A stretch of DNA of 60,432 bases, the filler included, from Nitrospinae bacterium RIFCSPLOWO2_12_FULL_45_22 (GTDB taxonomy: Bacteria > 2-12-FULL-45-22), in the NCBI GenBank assembly GCA_001803565.1. It is 5 parts of 5 records of this genome, joined end to end, with 100 filler letters (N's around TTAATTAATTAA, not from the genome) between each part and the next. Parts side by side here need not be neighbours in the genome. Positions count along the whole stretch, not along the records: positions 1 to 15,238 come from MHDQ01000151.1; positions 15,339 to 24,702 come from MHDQ01000153.1; 3 more parts are not named here. One strand, 5' to 3'. Below the pieces are notes generated by a model that saw only the letters and a program-made list of their open reading frames with translations, did no database searches and was not told where the DNA came from. A program made the translations under genes and the position numbers. How positions within the stretch are numbered: the stretch's first letter is position 1; the number at the start of each line of letters is the position of its first letter. This document shows positions 8,736-17,884 of the stretch, in pieces.

Positions 8736-9758
8736 ATGGCTTACGAGGTGCTTAAAAAAGCGGACCTTATGAAATCTAAGCGGCAACTAGCAATGGTCAT
8801 TGACCTCAATAAATGCATAGGGTGCCATACCTGTACTATTGGCTGCAAGAGACTCTGGACAGAAGACGAAGGCATGGCCCATATGTATTGGAATGATGTG
8901 GTGACGGTACCTGGTCGGGGCTATCCCCGGGATTGGCAAAAACTTGGGGGCGGTTATAAAGACCAGATGCCCCAGAAAGGTACCCTTCCCACTAAGGCCG
9001 ACTATGGGGAGGCCTGGGAATTTAATTATGAGGAGGTATTTTTTCAAGGCAAAGGTTTGGATACCCATCTCAAGCCCACAGGTACTGCTACGGATTGGGG
9101 CCCCAACTGGGAAGAAGATCAGGGGGCCGGGGAATATCCCAATAGCTATTACTTCTATTTACCGCGTATCTGTAACCACTGCAGCAAACCTGCCTGTGTA
9201 GAGGCCTGCCCCAGGAACGCTCTGTATAAGAGGCCAGAGGATGGCATTGTCCTCCAGGACCAGGAGCGCTGTCAGGGGTACCGTTACTGTAATGAGGCCT
9301 GTCCGTACAAAAAGACCTATTTCAATTTTAAAAAGGCTAAGAGTCAAAAATGTATCTTCTGCTATCCCCGGCTGGAGAAGAAGGTAGCCAATGCCTGTGC
9401 CCGGATGTGCCCCGGCCGGGTCCGGTGGGTAAGCTATAAGGAAGATAAGAGCGGGCCGGTTTATAAATTGACCGAGAAATGGAAAGTGGCTTTACCCTTA
9501 CACCCAGAGTTTGAGACCGAACCTAATGTCTTTTATGTCCCACCCCTATCACCACCTCAATATGGTCCTGATGGTAGTCTGCTGGACGAGCCCAGGATAC
9601 CTATCGAGTATCTCAAGTCGCTCTTTGGGCCGGCAGTAGAAGAGGCATTAAATACTTTGAAGGAAGAGATGGGCAAGAGGAGAAATGGCGGCTCGTCAGA
9701 ACTCCTGGATATCCTTATAGCCAGAAGATTTAATGATATGTTTAAATTGGAGGTCTAA
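8736..9758 (+). CDS. Type II DMSO-reductase-family iron-sulfur beta subunit (EbdB/DdhB/SerB/NarH-like)
   Basis: DLNKCIGCHTCTIGCK, WGPNWEED, YLPRICNHCSKPACVEACP, CQGYRYCNEACPYKK, KCIFCYPR, LPLHPEF.TEPNVFYVPP. Confidence 0.93.
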   Translation: MAYEVLKKADLMKSKRQLAMVIDLNKCIGCHTCTIGCKRLWTEDEGMAHMYWNDVVTVPGRGYPRDWQKLGGGYKDQMPQKGTLPTKADYGEAWEFNYEEVFFQGKGLDTHLKPTGTATDWGPNWEEDQGAGEYPNSYYFYLPRICNHCSKPACVEACPRNALYKRPEDGIVLQDQERCQGYRYCNEACPYKKTYFNFKKAKSQKCIFCYPRLEKKVANACARMCPGRVRWVSYKEDKSGPVYKLTEKWKVALPLHPEFETEPNVFYVPPLSPPQYGPDGSLLDEPRIPIEYLKSLFGPAVEEALNTLKEEMGKRRNGGSSELLDILIARRFNDMFKLEV

Positions 9759-9761
9759 GCC

Positions 9762-10445
9762 ATGAAATGCGACAAGGTTAACCATACCAAAGAAGAGATA
9801 TTAGATCCTGGTTCCCCGGTCTGGGACGGGGTCAAGGCAGAAAAGATCGCCCTTGACTCTACCCCTATAAATACCATCCCTACTTCTAAATATATAGTTG
9901 AGACTATCAAACGGGAAAAGATCGGTAAGGTAAAATCCATCGAGGTAAAATCCCTCCATAATGGGAAGGAGATATTCTTCTGGTGTCGCTGGAAAGACGA
10001 TACAGAAAATAGAGAGATTACCGATGTAAATACCTTTGTGGATGGGCTGGGCATGATGTTCCCCATGAAGGGGGATGCCAAGATCGAAGAGATGGGCTCA
10101 AAAAAAGAGCCGGTAAATCTCTGGTACTGGCGGGCAGATTTTGATGATAAGCCGCACAACCTTACTGCCCAAGGTATAGGCTCTACCCAGGCAAGTGAGA
10201 AGAGCTTCTTATTCTCTAAATCCAAATGGGAAAATGGTTACTGGACAGTGATTATGGGCCGACCTCTGACCGTTAAAGCGCAATTGAAAGAAGCGGTTCA
10301 GTTCAAGCCCGGGCAGACCTTCAAGGCCGGCTGGGCAGTGATGGAAGGGAGTAATAATGAGCGGGGTGGGGCCATGTCTTTCTCGGTTTATTTTAGAAAC
10401 CTGGATTTAGTTGACGGTGCCCCGGCCAAGGCCAGGAAAGGCTAA
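9762..10445 (+). CDS. Heme b gamma subunit of a type II DMSO-reductase-family enzyme (EbdC/DdhC-like)
   Basis: HNG.EIF...RW.D, F.DG...MFP, MGS...PVNLWYW, W..G.W.V...RPL, GSN.ER.G motifs; directly after the beta subunit. Confidence 0.88.
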   Translation: MKCDKVNHTKEEILDPGSPVWDGVKAEKIALDSTPINTIPTSKYIVETIKREKIGKVKSIEVKSLHNGKEIFFWCRWKDDTENREITDVNTFVDGLGMMFPMKGDAKIEEMGSKKEPVNLWYWRADFDDKPHNLTAQGIGSTQASEKSFLFSKSKWENGYWTVIMGRPLTVKAQLKEAVQFKPGQTFKAGWAVMEGSNNERGGAMSFSVYFRNLDLVDGAPAKARKG

Positions 10446-10523
10446 AGTATACCAACCAATTTACTTAATACCTCAATGATTAAGCGAGTTAAAACGGATT
10501 GCATATTAATTGTGACCCCCTAC

Positions 10524-10582
10524 AAAATTGTTAAATCCTGTTAATCCTGTCTAAAAATCCCCGCCGAAGGCGGTTAATTTAA
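10524..10582 (+). repeat. About 58-bp dispersed repeat (copy 1) upstream of purA
   Basis: AAAATTG(T)TAAATCCTGTTAATCCTGTCTAAAAA..CCCGCCGAAGGCGGTTAATTTAA, near-identical to 15782-15839. Confidence 0.85.
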
Positions 10583-10596
10583 ACCAGAGGTAAGAG

Positions 10597-11889
10597 ATGT
10601 CGGTACAAGTAGTAGTAGGCGCCCAATGGGGTGACGAAGGGAAGGGTAAGATAGTAGACGTATTATCAGAAAAGGCCGACGTGATTGCCCGCTATCAGGG
10701 GGGGCCTAATGCTGGCCATACCGTGGTCTTAGAGCAGGACAAGTTTGTCCTGCATTTGATCCCTTCGGGAATATTACGCCCCGCTAAGGTTTGTATTGTT
10801 GGCCATGGCGTGGTAGTAGACCCAGAAGCCCTCCTGGAAGAGATAGCTGCTTTAGAAAATAAAAATATTAAAGTAAAAGGAAATCTGTTTGCCAGCAAAA
10901 AGGCCCATCTTATTATGCCTTATCACAAGATTATTGACCAGCGCAGTGAACAACTGAGGGGAAATCAGATGATAGGCACCACCGGCCGGGGTATCGGGCC
11001 AGCATATACAGACAAGGTCGCTCGTCTGGGTATTCGGCTGGCCGATCTTTTAGATAGTAACTTGTTTAAAGAAAAGTTGCTGGTAAATCTGCAAGAAAAA
11101 AACTTCCTCTTAAAGAATTTCTATGGCCTCCCCGATCTCTCCTTTGACACAGTATATGCCCAATATATGTCCTATGGTGAAAGATTAAAGGATTATATAA
11201 CCGATACCGATGCCCTTATGAAAGAAGCCCTCGGGCAAGGACGTAGTATCTTGATAGAAGGAGCTCAGGGCACTATGCTGGATGTAGATCATGGCACTTA
11301 TCCTTTTGTGACCTCATCTAGTTCCAGTGTGGGAGGAGTTTGTACTGGCCTGGGGATTGCTCCATCAAGGATTGATGAGGTTATAGGAGTAGCCAAGGCC
11401 TATACTACCCGCGTGGGCAGTGGTCCTTTCCCCACAGAGCTGACGAATGACTCAGGCCAAAAATTACGGGACCGAGGCAATGAATATGGTGCTACTACCG
11501 GTAGGCCCCGGCGCTGTGGCTGGTTTGATGCCGTGGTCGTGCGGCATGCCGTATGGGTTAATGGTATCAAGAAGCTGGCTATTACTAAATTAGATGTACT
11601 GGATCAGTTCGATAAAATCTTTATCTGTACCGGCTATCGCTATAAAGGGGAGATGTTCCGGGATATGCCATGCGAGACAGAGGTGTTAGAAAAGCTCACG
11701 CCGGTATATAAAGAATTGGAGGGTTGGCGGCAAAATACTGCGGGACTCACTTCCTATGAACATTTGCCTTTAAAGGCTAAAAATTATCTAAAGCGCCTTT
11801 CTGACGAGGTAGAAGCAAATATCTCTTTGATCTCTACCGGCCCCCAACGTACCCAAACTATTTTCTTAAAGAATGACGGGATATGCTAG
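10597..11889 (+). CDS. purA: Adenylosuccinate synthetase
   Basis: QWGDEGKGK, GTTGRGIGPAY, EYGATTGRPRRCGW. Confidence 0.99.
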   Translation: MSVQVVVGAQWGDEGKGKIVDVLSEKADVIARYQGGPNAGHTVVLEQDKFVLHLIPSGILRPAKVCIVGHGVVVDPEALLEEIAALENKNIKVKGNLFASKKAHLIMPYHKIIDQRSEQLRGNQMIGTTGRGIGPAYTDKVARLGIRLADLLDSNLFKEKLLVNLQEKNFLLKNFYGLPDLSFDTVYAQYMSYGERLKDYITDTDALMKEALGQGRSILIEGAQGTMLDVDHGTYPFVTSSSSSVGGVCTGLGIAPSRIDEVIGVAKAYTTRVGSGPFPTELTNDSGQKLRDRGNEYGATTGRPRRCGWFDAVVVRHAVWVNGIKKLAITKLDVLDQFDKIFICTGYRYKGEMFRDMPCETEVLEKLTPVYKELEGWRQNTAGLTSYEHLPLKAKNYLKRLSDEVEANISLISTGPQRTQTIFLKNDGIC

Positions 11890-12116
11890 GCATTGGGATG
11901 CAGGAGTTAATACTAATCCTGGTAATTGCTTTAATAGTCTTCGGGCCTAAACGCTTACCAGAACTGGCCCGCTCCATGGGCCGGGCAGTTGCTGAATTCC
12001 GGAAGGCCTCTGAAGATATAAAAGAAAGTCTGACCTTGAACCTTGAGGAAGAGAAGGAGTGGAAAAAGGACCATACGGTAAAAGAGTTAGCTGAAACCAG
12101 TCATGAAACCCCTTAA
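11883..12116 (+). CDS. tatA: Twin-arginine translocase TatA/TatB-family subunit
   Basis: ELILILVIALIVFGPKRLPELARSMG. TatA versus TatB cannot be resolved by eye. Confidence 0.85.
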   Translation: MLGIGMQELILILVIALIVFGPKRLPELARSMGRAVAEFRKASEDIKESLTLNLEEEKEWKKDHTVKELAETSHETP

Positions 12117-12855
12117 ACAGGATGACAAGATACCATTTACCGAACATCTAGAGGAATTACGCACCCGGCTATTGATAGTCCTGGCCTCAATAGCCGTTGG
12201 TTTCATGACCTGTTACTACTTCTCTGGTTGGTTAGTAGAGTTCATCCGGCGACCATTAGGCCGGGAATTAATATTCATAGCCCCTACCGAGGCCTTTTTT
12301 ATCAACTTAAAGCTCGCCTTTTTTGGTGGATTATTTTTGGCTACCCCTATTATTCTATTCCAGACCTGGCGCTTTGTGGCCCCTGGCTTACTGGAAAAAG
12401 AGAAAAGACTTACCCTGCCCATCGTGGCATCATCGTCCATATTTTTTCTCCTGGGTTCCCTCTTTGCCTATTATATTATCCTGCCTATAGGCACCCAGTT
12501 TTTTTTGAGCTTTGCTACCGAAGGGCTCCAGCCCATGATCTCGGTGGGCAATTACCTCTCTTTCTCAACCAAACTGATCCTGGCCTTCGGCATAGTCTTC
12601 CAGTTGCCAGTAGCCATATTCTTTCTCAGTAAATTAGGAATACTCCGGTCTAAGACCTTAAGACAAAACCGGCGTTATGCTATCTTGATAATATTTATTG
12701 TAGCGGCTATCTTAACCCCCCCAGACGTTATCAGTCAGGTAATGATGGCTATCCCTCTCTTACTCCTTTATGAAGGAGGTATCTGGGTAGCGAAACTGGT
12801 GGAGCGGGGCAGAAGTCAGGCAGAGGGACCTGTAGAGGATGAAAGCACAGGATAG
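12103..12855 (+). CDS. tatC: Twin-arginine translocase TatC
   Basis: EHLEELR.RL, FVAPGL...E, AAILTPPD. Confidence 0.97.
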   Translation: MKPLKQDDKIPFTEHLEELRTRLLIVLASIAVGFMTCYYFSGWLVEFIRRPLGRELIFIAPTEAFFINLKLAFFGGLFLATPIILFQTWRFVAPGLLEKEKRLTLPIVASSSIFFLLGSLFAYYIILPIGTQFFLSFATEGLQPMISVGNYLSFSTKLILAFGIVFQLPVAIFFLSKLGILRSKTLRQNRRYAILIIFIVAAILTPPDVISQVMMAIPLLLLYEGGIWVAKLVERGRSQAEGPVEDESTG

Positions 12856-13564
12856 AATTTTTTTGGCCCTGGATGTGAATAGTTATCGCCGGGCCGAAGA
12901 ATTAGTGACCAGGTTAAAAGATTATGTAGGGGGTTTTAAGGTAGGTAGCCAACTCTTTACCCGGGCCGGGCCAAGGGTTCTACGCATGATCAAGAAGGCT
13001 GGGAAGCCTATCTTCCTGGACCTTAAATATCATGATATACCTGCGACGGTCGCCCGGGCGGCAGAGGAAGCTGTCCGCCATGGTGTCTCTATCTTTAATG
13101 TCCATATCTCTGGCGGTTATGAGATGATGTGGGCCTGTGTAGAGACTTGTGGTAAATTATCCCGGGAAAAATCTCTGCCTAAACCACTGATCTTAGGAGT
13201 AACCCTCCTTACCAGCCTAACCGATGCCGACTTGAGCGATCTAGGTATCCAGCGGCGGATAGACGCCCAGGTGTTATCCCTGGGCAGGATGGCACAGAAA
13301 GCTGGCTTAGATGGTGTTGTAGCATCACCGCAAGAAGTAAAAGCGCTACGCGATGCCTTTGGTAAAGATTTCATTATATTATGCCCAGGAGTAAGGCCTG
13401 CTGGCGCCAACAAACATGACCACCACCGGAGCGCTACCCCTAAAGACGCTATTGCAGCAGGGGCCGATTATATAGTAGTAGGAAGGCCGATCCTGGATGC
13501 CCCTGACCCGGTATTGGTTTGTCAACGACTGATACAGGAAATAAAACAGGCTTCGCCCCGCTAG
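12839..13564 (+). CDS. pyrF: Orotidine-5'-phosphate decarboxylase
   Basis: LALD, FLDLKYHDIPATV, PGVRP, VVGRPI. Confidence 0.97.
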   Translation: MKAQDRIFLALDVNSYRRAEELVTRLKDYVGGFKVGSQLFTRAGPRVLRMIKKAGKPIFLDLKYHDIPATVARAAEEAVRHGVSIFNVHISGGYEMMWACVETCGKLSREKSLPKPLILGVTLLTSLTDADLSDLGIQRRIDAQVLSLGRMAQKAGLDGVVASPQEVKALRDAFGKDFIILCPGVRPAGANKHDHHRSATPKDAIAAGADYIVVGRPILDAPDPVLVCQRLIQEIKQASPR

Positions 13565-13695
13565 TAATTAGTTCCCACTGAAAAATGGGATGTCGAGCAA
13601 GCTCGACCACTACAGGCCTTATTAAAACAGTTATGCAATAACAATATGTAGTGGCAAAGCTTGCTTTGCAGAGATTTTTCAGTGGGAACTAATTA
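13565..13695. mobile_element. 131-bp MITE-like element with perfect 22-bp inverted repeats enclosing a REP doublet
   Basis: TAATTAGTTCCCACTGAAAAAT (13565-13586) / ATTTTTCAGTGGGAACTAATTA (13674-13695). Confidence 0.8.
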
Positions 13696-13720
13696 GGGGT
13701 AACAGTTCAGAGGGATTTTT

Positions 13721-15238
13721 ATGCGCAAAATCGTTTATCTGGATGGAGAGACCCTGGGCTTCGAAGAAGTGGAAGAAATAGCGCTGGGGCAAGCCCAAGT
13801 CCAGATTGCGCCCCAGGCATTATCCAGGATGGCCGCTTCCCGTCAATACCTGGAGCAAATCATTGAGACTGGTGCAGTCATTTACGGGATCAATACCGGT
13901 TTTGGCGACCTGAGCAATGTCCGTATTGATCCCCAGGACATTGTTACCCTTCAAAAAAATCTGATCTTGAGTCATAGTGTTGGCGTAGGCCCCTTTTTTG
14001 ATGAGCCAGAAGTAAGGGCTATTATGGCTTTACGGGCTAATGTGTTAGCAAAGGGTTATTCCGGCGTTAGGCCCGCGTTAGCAGAGCTACTGGTAGAGAT
14101 GCTTAATGGGGATGTTATTCCCATTATTCCCCAGAAAGGTTCAGTGGGGGCAAGTGGTGACCTGGCGCCACTGGCCCACTTAGGGCTGGTTATGATTGGC
14201 CAGGGAGAGGCCTTTTATCAAGGCCAGCGGTTATCTGGAAAAGAGGCCCTGGACAAAGCAGGTCTTCAGCCAATAGAACTGCAGGCCAAAGAAGGCCTAT
14301 CCCTAATCAATGGCACCCAGGTAATGACGGCCCTGGGTGTCTTAACCCTGCTCCAGGGAGAGCGACTCATTCACTTAGCTGATGCGGCTGGGGCCATGAC
14401 CCTGGAAGCCGTCAAAGGTACTAATACCCCATTCAGGGACGAGATCCAACAGGTAAGGCCTCATCCCGGCCAAATAGCTACTGCCCGCCATCTACAGGCG
14501 ATGCTCCAGGATAGTGCTATCTTGCTCTCCCATAAGTATTGTCCCAAGATTCAAGATGCTTACTCTTTGCGGTGCATGCCCCAGGTACATGGGGCCATCC
14601 GGGATGCCTTATCCTATGTTAGGCGAGTATTGGAGATAGAAGTCAATGCCGCAACCGATAATCCTCTGGTTTTTCCAGAGGCAGACCTGGTCCTTTCGGG
14701 GGGTAATTTTCATGGTCAGCCCGTGGCCCTGGCATTGGATGTCTTAGGTATAGCCCTGACAGAACTGGGCACTATATCAGAGCGGAGGATAGAAGACCTG
14801 GTCAATCCCACCTTAAGCCATCTGCCAGCTTTCCTTACCGAAAAAGGTGGATTGAATACCGGTTTTATGATGCTTCAGGTTACGGCAGCAGCCCTGGCCT
14901 CAGAAAATAAGCTCCTGGCCACCCCTGCCAGCATACACTCTATACCTACCTCAGCCAATAAGGAGGATTATGTCTGTATGGGAGTAACTGCGGCCAGGAA
15001 GGCCAGAGAGATACTGGAGAATGTCCAACGCATAATAGCTATAGAACTGATCTGTGCGGCTCAGGGGTTAGAATTCAGTAATCCAGAAGAGGCGGGTGTT
15101 GGTGTCAGAAAACTCTATCAGCTTATCCGATCCTATATCCTACCATTGACCGAAGACCGTCCCCTTTATTCAGATATTGACAGGATATATCAATTGATCA
15201 GAAATAACTATCAATTGATTGAAAGCGCCCTATCCTAA
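13721..15238 (+). CDS. hutH: Histidine ammonia-lyase
   Basis: YGINTGFG, MIO-forming GSVGASGDLAPL, QDAYSLRCMPQVHG, SGGNFHG. Confidence 0.95.
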   Translation: MRKIVYLDGETLGFEEVEEIALGQAQVQIAPQALSRMAASRQYLEQIIETGAVIYGINTGFGDLSNVRIDPQDIVTLQKNLILSHSVGVGPFFDEPEVRAIMALRANVLAKGYSGVRPALAELLVEMLNGDVIPIIPQKGSVGASGDLAPLAHLGLVMIGQGEAFYQGQRLSGKEALDKAGLQPIELQAKEGLSLINGTQVMTALGVLTLLQGERLIHLADAAGAMTLEAVKGTNTPFRDEIQQVRPHPGQIATARHLQAMLQDSAILLSHKYCPKIQDAYSLRCMPQVHGAIRDALSYVRRVLEIEVNAATDNPLVFPEADLVLSGGNFHGQPVALALDVLGIALTELGTISERRIEDLVNPTLSHLPAFLTEKGGLNTGFMMLQVTAAALASENKLLATPASIHSIPTSANKEDYVCMGVTAARKAREILENVQRIIAIELICAAQGLEFSNPEEAGVGVRKLYQLIRSYILPLTEDRPLYSDIDRIYQLIRNNYQLIESALS

Positions 15239-15338
15239 NNNNNNNNNNNNNNNNNNNNNNNNNNNNNNNNNNNNNNNNNNNNTTAATTAATTAANNNNNN
15301 NNNNNNNNNNNNNNNNNNNNNNNNNNNNNNNNNNNNNN
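15239..15338. other. Artificial contig linker
   Basis: N44-TTAATTAATTAA-N44, with stops in all six frames. Confidence 0.99.
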
Positions 15339-15339
15339 A

Positions 15340-15552
15340 GCAGTAGCCGAGAGGTCCTTCGAGCTGTTACAAAAAATAGGGATTGAGCGGGATATTATCC
15401 TTAGTGGAGGGACCACAAAGAACATAGGTCTACGAAAGGCATTAGAGCGGATGGCCGGGGAACAACTCCTCTGCCCACCAGACCCCCAGATCACCGGGGC
15501 ATTAGGCGCCGCTCTCATCGCCCAGGATAATTTGCTTTCTGGACGCAGATGA
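15340..15552 (+). CDS. C-terminal part of an ASKHA-type activase subunit (BzdP-like, class I benzoyl-CoA reductase), cut by the contig edge
   Basis: Translates ..LQKIGIERDIILSGGTTKNIGL..PPDPQITGALGAALIA..*, paralogous to the C-terminus of the next gene. Confidence 0.75.
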   Translation, partial: AVAERSFELLQKIGIERDIILSGGTTKNIGLRKALERMAGEQLLCPPDPQITGALGAALIAQDNLLSGRR

Positions 15553-15656
15553 ACGCAGATAATAAATAGTAAGCAGTGAACAGTAAGCAGGGAGCAGTTA
15601 ACTCCTTACGGCTTACTGCTTACGCTTCTATTAATATCATAATAATCTGTGTTCTG
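15542..15656. repeat. Nonamer-periodic palindrome enclosing a heptamer-periodic palindrome
   Basis: Outer GACGCAGATGAACGCAGAT...AATCTGTGTTCTG; inner TAGTAAG-CAGTGAA-CAGTAAG-CAGGGAG / CTTACGG-CTTACTG-CTTACG. Confidence 0.65.
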
Positions 15657-15685
15657 ACTAATTTAATAGTATAGGAATTTTCATT

Positions 15686-15839
15686 TTTTTGACAGGATTT
15701 ACAGGATGAAACAGGATAAAGACAAAAGCCTCTAACCCTGCGGACTGGAAGCCTGTCGGGCCTTTTGGCCCGGAAGGATAAAAAATTGTAAATCCTGTTA
15801 ATCCTGTCTAAAAAGTCCCGCCGAAGGCGGTTAATTTAA
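15686..15839. repeat. Nonamer-periodic palindrome (GACAGGATT / AATCCTGTC) containing copy 2 of the 58-bp repeat
   Basis: GACAGGATTTACAGGATGAAACAGGAT ... AATCCTGTTAATCCTGTC; 15782-15839 matches 10524-10582. Confidence 0.8.
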
Positions 15840-15840
15840 T

Positions 15841-16617
15841 ATGGACTATGTAGCTGGTATTGATATTGGGTCAGCTACCACCAAGGTAGTAATCCTGACT
15901 GATCATAAGATTTTTGCTAGCAGCCTTATTCCCACCGGACCCGATAGCGCTGAGACGGCTACTCTTGCCATGAACCGAGCGCTAGAAAGAACCAATTTAT
16001 CATTGGCCAACATTCGATTCATTGTAGCGACCGGTTATGGCCGGATCATTGTCCCCTTCTCTCATGCTATCCTTACAGAAATATCCTGCCATGCCAAAGG
16101 AGCCCATTTTATCTTCCCGGCAGCCCGTACCATCTTAGATATGGGTGGTCAGGACTGCAAGGCTATTCGGTTAGACGAAGGGGGAGTACAGACCAATTTT
16201 GCCATGAATGACAAATGTGCCGCCGGGACCGGGCGGTTTCTGGAGGCCATGGCCCGTACCTTAAACTTGCCCCTGGAAAGTCTAGGGCCTTTATCCCTCG
16301 AAGCCCAGCAGGAGGTAAAGATCAGTAATATGTGTGCTGTCTTTGCTAAATCAGAGGTTAGTTATCTGGTACGGAAAGGGCTTTCTAAGAATGATATTTT
16401 GGCTGGGCTCCATGAGGCTATCTCCGAGCGGGTTCATGCCTTACTTAAACGCGTAGGGATAGAACCGTTATTTGTTATCACTGGTGGTATAGCCAAGAAT
16501 ATTGGTGTAGTGCGCAAGCTAGAAGAAAAGATAGGACTAACCGCACATATTCCGCCAGAACCCCAATTAGTAGGGGCGTTAGGGGCGGCCCTCTTTGCCA
16601 CGGAGCGTGCCGGCTGA
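15841..16617 (+). CDS. bzdQ: ATP-dependent activase subunit, BzdQ-like (class I benzoyl-CoA reductase / 2-hydroxyacyl-CoA dehydratase activator family)
   Basis: GIDIGS, ATGYGR, TEISCHAKG, LDMGGQDCKAI, MNDKCAAGTGRF, CAVFAKSE. Confidence 0.72.
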   Translation: MDYVAGIDIGSATTKVVILTDHKIFASSLIPTGPDSAETATLAMNRALERTNLSLANIRFIVATGYGRIIVPFSHAILTEISCHAKGAHFIFPAARTILDMGGQDCKAIRLDEGGVQTNFAMNDKCAAGTGRFLEAMARTLNLPLESLGPLSLEAQQEVKISNMCAVFAKSEVSYLVRKGLSKNDILAGLHEAISERVHALLKRVGIEPLFVITGGIAKNIGVVRKLEEKIGLTAHIPPEPQLVGALGAALFATERAG

Positions 16618-16722
16618 TAAAGTTGTAAGCTTTCAGCATATCCTGTGCCCATCGGCTGCGCTTCACGGTTAACGGACAGAGTGTTTTGCTGACTGCTGAT
16701 AGCTGGCGGCTGAATGCTTTAT

Positions 16723-17517
16723 TTAGGCAGGTAGCAAGATAGAGAAGCTGCCAAACCAGGCTTCCAGGGCGGGTTTACCAAAAAAATCTATGGTACGATT
16801 CGGTCTAATTCGGCCGGCTTTGAGCTGCTGAAAGGCCTGATCCAACTCCAAAAGGATATTGTTGTTCAGGATAAATTGGCAATGGCTGGGATAGACCTTT
16901 TTTACCTTAGGGGCCAGGGTAGCCAAGGACCTGGCGCTCTCGCTATATGCCTCCATATCCGCTCCATCAATATTAGCAAATAGCACCCCCTGGTAGACTG
17001 TATCGCCAGTAAAAAGGATGCCCTTTTCTTCTTCCCACAAACAGATACCGCCAGGAGAATGGCCCGGTGTATGCAAGACCTGCAAGCCCCTGCCCCCCAA
17101 ATCAATCCGGTCACCATGCTTAAGGAAGAGGGAGGCCCTGGAGGGGATAATACGATAATTATGGGGATTAAAACCCGCAGGAAAGGGACGGGAAAAACAA
17201 GACCCCTTTATGAAACTCTGCAAGAAATCTTTGGGGACTTCCTGCTCCAGGCATTGGGCCTCTGCCTCATGGATAGCAATCTCTTTAAACTGGTGATTCC
17301 CGCCAATATGGTCCAGATGGGCATGGGTATTGATGACCAACGGTTCCGATGAGCAAAACCCCTTCACCTCTTCATATATATCACCGATCCCCAGGCCGGT
17401 ATCTATTAATAGAGCCCGCTCCTGTCCGATTATCAGAAAAGATGCTACCTGGCCCGGCTCATCTATCAGATAGATCTCATCCCGCAGCGGGTAAGAAGCA
17501 AACCATTTCGCCTCCAT
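16723..17517 (-). CDS. Metallo-beta-lactamase-fold hydrolase
   Basis: THAHLDHIGG, TPGHSPG, LFTGD, PSH. Confidence 0.92.
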   Translation of the reverse strand: MEAKWFASYPLRDEIYLIDEPGQVASFLIIGQERALLIDTGLGIGDIYEEVKGFCSSEPLVINTHAHLDHIGGNHQFKEIAIHEAEAQCLEQEVPKDFLQSFIKGSCFSRPFPAGFNPHNYRIIPSRASLFLKHGDRIDLGGRGLQVLHTPGHSPGGICLWEEEKGILFTGDTVYQGVLFANIDGADMEAYSESARSLATLAPKVKKVYPSHCQFILNNNILLELDQAFQQLKAGRIRPNRTIDFFGKPALEAWFGSFSILLPA

Positions 17518-17884
17518 TTATCACCCTCCCCTAAAAACTTTGATTTAGCTTAACATCCCGGTAAAGCATGCGTCAAGGGACTAATTCACATCTCATTTGC
17601 TGTCCCTTAATGACTTAGTGCTCTAATTCATAATTACGGTGACGTATTTGAGAGAAAGTGCTTATGATAAGGAAACCAGGAATACAGGAGAGGTTAATTT
17701 CCTGGCCTCTTGGCTTCCTAATAAAAAAGAAGGCAAAAAATAGGCATAATACGTAACTGTATTTATGAAATGAAGCACTTATGGGCTGACCGGTTACGAA
17801 AATTGTTGCTTTGCAATAATTACTTACGCTAGAATAGAAATAGAGGCAGAGAATATAGAGTGCAAACGACCTTTGGTTCAAAAA

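Noticed and set aside
8736-10445. Calling the beta-gamma pair nitrate reductase, nitrite oxidoreductase or ethylbenzene dehydrogenase
   Set aside because: Substrate is set by the alpha subunit, which is absent from the window.
15239-15338. TTAATTAATTAA palindrome repeated four times in the window, and ORFs ending in X...LIN
   Set aside because: Artificial contig linker. It also invalidates any gene-neighbourhood inference across these points.
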